Made by a program: the position numbers and the translations under genes
The notes under the pieces: model-generated
What the model was told of the DNA's origin: nothing
The model's database searches: none
Seen by the model: the letters and a program-made list of their open reading frames with translations, nothing else
Assembly (NCBI GenBank): GCA_051294375.1
Contig: CM119264.1
Location: 27,291,340 to 27,355,339 of the forward strand
Origin: Paraspadella gotoi
Taxonomy: Eukaryota; Animalia; Chaetognatha
Direction of reading: 5' to 3'
Length of the DNA: 64,000 nt
Shown here: one piece after another, positions 62,988 through 64,000 of the stretch
Layout: each line of letters begins with the position of its first letter
How positions within the stretch are numbered: the first letter of the stretch is position 1

Positions 62988-64000
62988 TGCGGTGAAATAT
63001 ATGAGTTGAATGCTGATTCTACAAAGGTTATTTACTATTTTTAAAAAGTTAGTATCAACTAAATCAAAGTTATTGAGTGATTCAGTATATAACTTCCATT
63101 AGGTTTTCTCTAAAATATGCTCCATTGTTCCTCCCTTTACTTTTTTTTTCAGTTTCTGTTCAAGATTTTTTTTCTGTCATTCCATTTCATCCGAATCAAG
63201 AGTTTATTCTATATCCTGAAATATCATCCTTTCGTTCCCTTTTTTTTTCGCCGGACCTTGATCATGAATTTTTTAACGGGACCCCTCGCGTGTCGGCCAT
63301 TATTTCGGAAACCAGGATTTAAAATTGAGTGAGAGCGAGAGAACTTAAGACGGGATATGTAATGGTTTCTCGGCTACTCGCCCAGGAGACGAACCACCCG
63401 AAAATTTACAACCCGGTCTCGAACTATAGTTTCCGATTTAATTATTTCCTTTCATTAGGCATTTTTTCTCTTTCCATGATAAACATCATGGAAAAGACGA
63501 GATTTTGGTTTTTAAGAAAGAATGAGTCAGTCAAGTGCCACATCCGTCCGCATGCGTGCCTGTCTCTAATCGATGTGGAGGGAGCGCTTCTATAACCCAG
63601 TGGTTATAGATCCATTAACGCGATTACGTAAATTCGATGATGTTACCCAATTTTGTCATTTAGATCGAATCGATTTTAGCGGCGGTGGTGGCGGGGGTGA
63701 AAGGTGTCCCAAAGGGCGTTGCGTTGGCCGTTTTTCGATATGTTGCTCGGAAGCGTCTTTTAGCTAAAGCAAGTCATTAAGATTTTCTCCAATTGAGCAC
63801 ATTTCTTCCCTAACCTTTGACCGAAATCCATAAATCGTAGAACGAAATCCATTCGCGTCCCTTCGCAGCCGCAGACCTCTCCCCTTATTTAACCGTCACC
63901 GTTGAAAAGAAGGAAAAAAAAATTCTCAAGAACGTGTTTACTGTACTTCATAGAGTGGAGTGATGAAAAGATTGAGCGATCGAACATATTTTTTTTTGCT

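Overview
Gene-dense genomic DNA from an intron-containing eukaryote, very likely an invertebrate animal (tektin, JIP1, endoglycoceramidase; CpG-rich exons, short AT-rich introns). Fourteen spliced protein-coding genes are recognisable: 3' part of ATM, zeta-COP, TAF7, DMAC2/ATP5SL (with a glutamine synthetase nested antisense in its second intron), RacGAP1 (with an intron-containing tRNA-Leu(CAA) in an intron), JIP1/MAPK8IP1, RabGGTase alpha, nucleoredoxin, MPPED-type metallophosphoesterase, GH5 endoglycoceramidase, MMS22L, TIM44 and the 3' part of a tektin. The most interesting content is intronic. (1) There is a family of small non-coding LTR elements: TG-start LTRs of about 250-285 bp, a TGG primer-binding-site candidate, a G-tract, 4-bp target duplications and a solo LTR. 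Each LTR carries a tRNA-like Pol III A/B-box motif followed by a circularly permuted (type P5) twister ribozyme fold, with compensatory changes between three variants. This looks like an animal LTR retrozyme that uses twister rather than hammerhead. (2) Fold-back elements carry Penelope-type minimal hammerhead motifs. (3) There is a multi-level nest of non-autonomous DNA transposons with readable TIRs and TSDs. All calls are by eye; exon boundaries are approximate and no ribozyme activity or database match has been tested.
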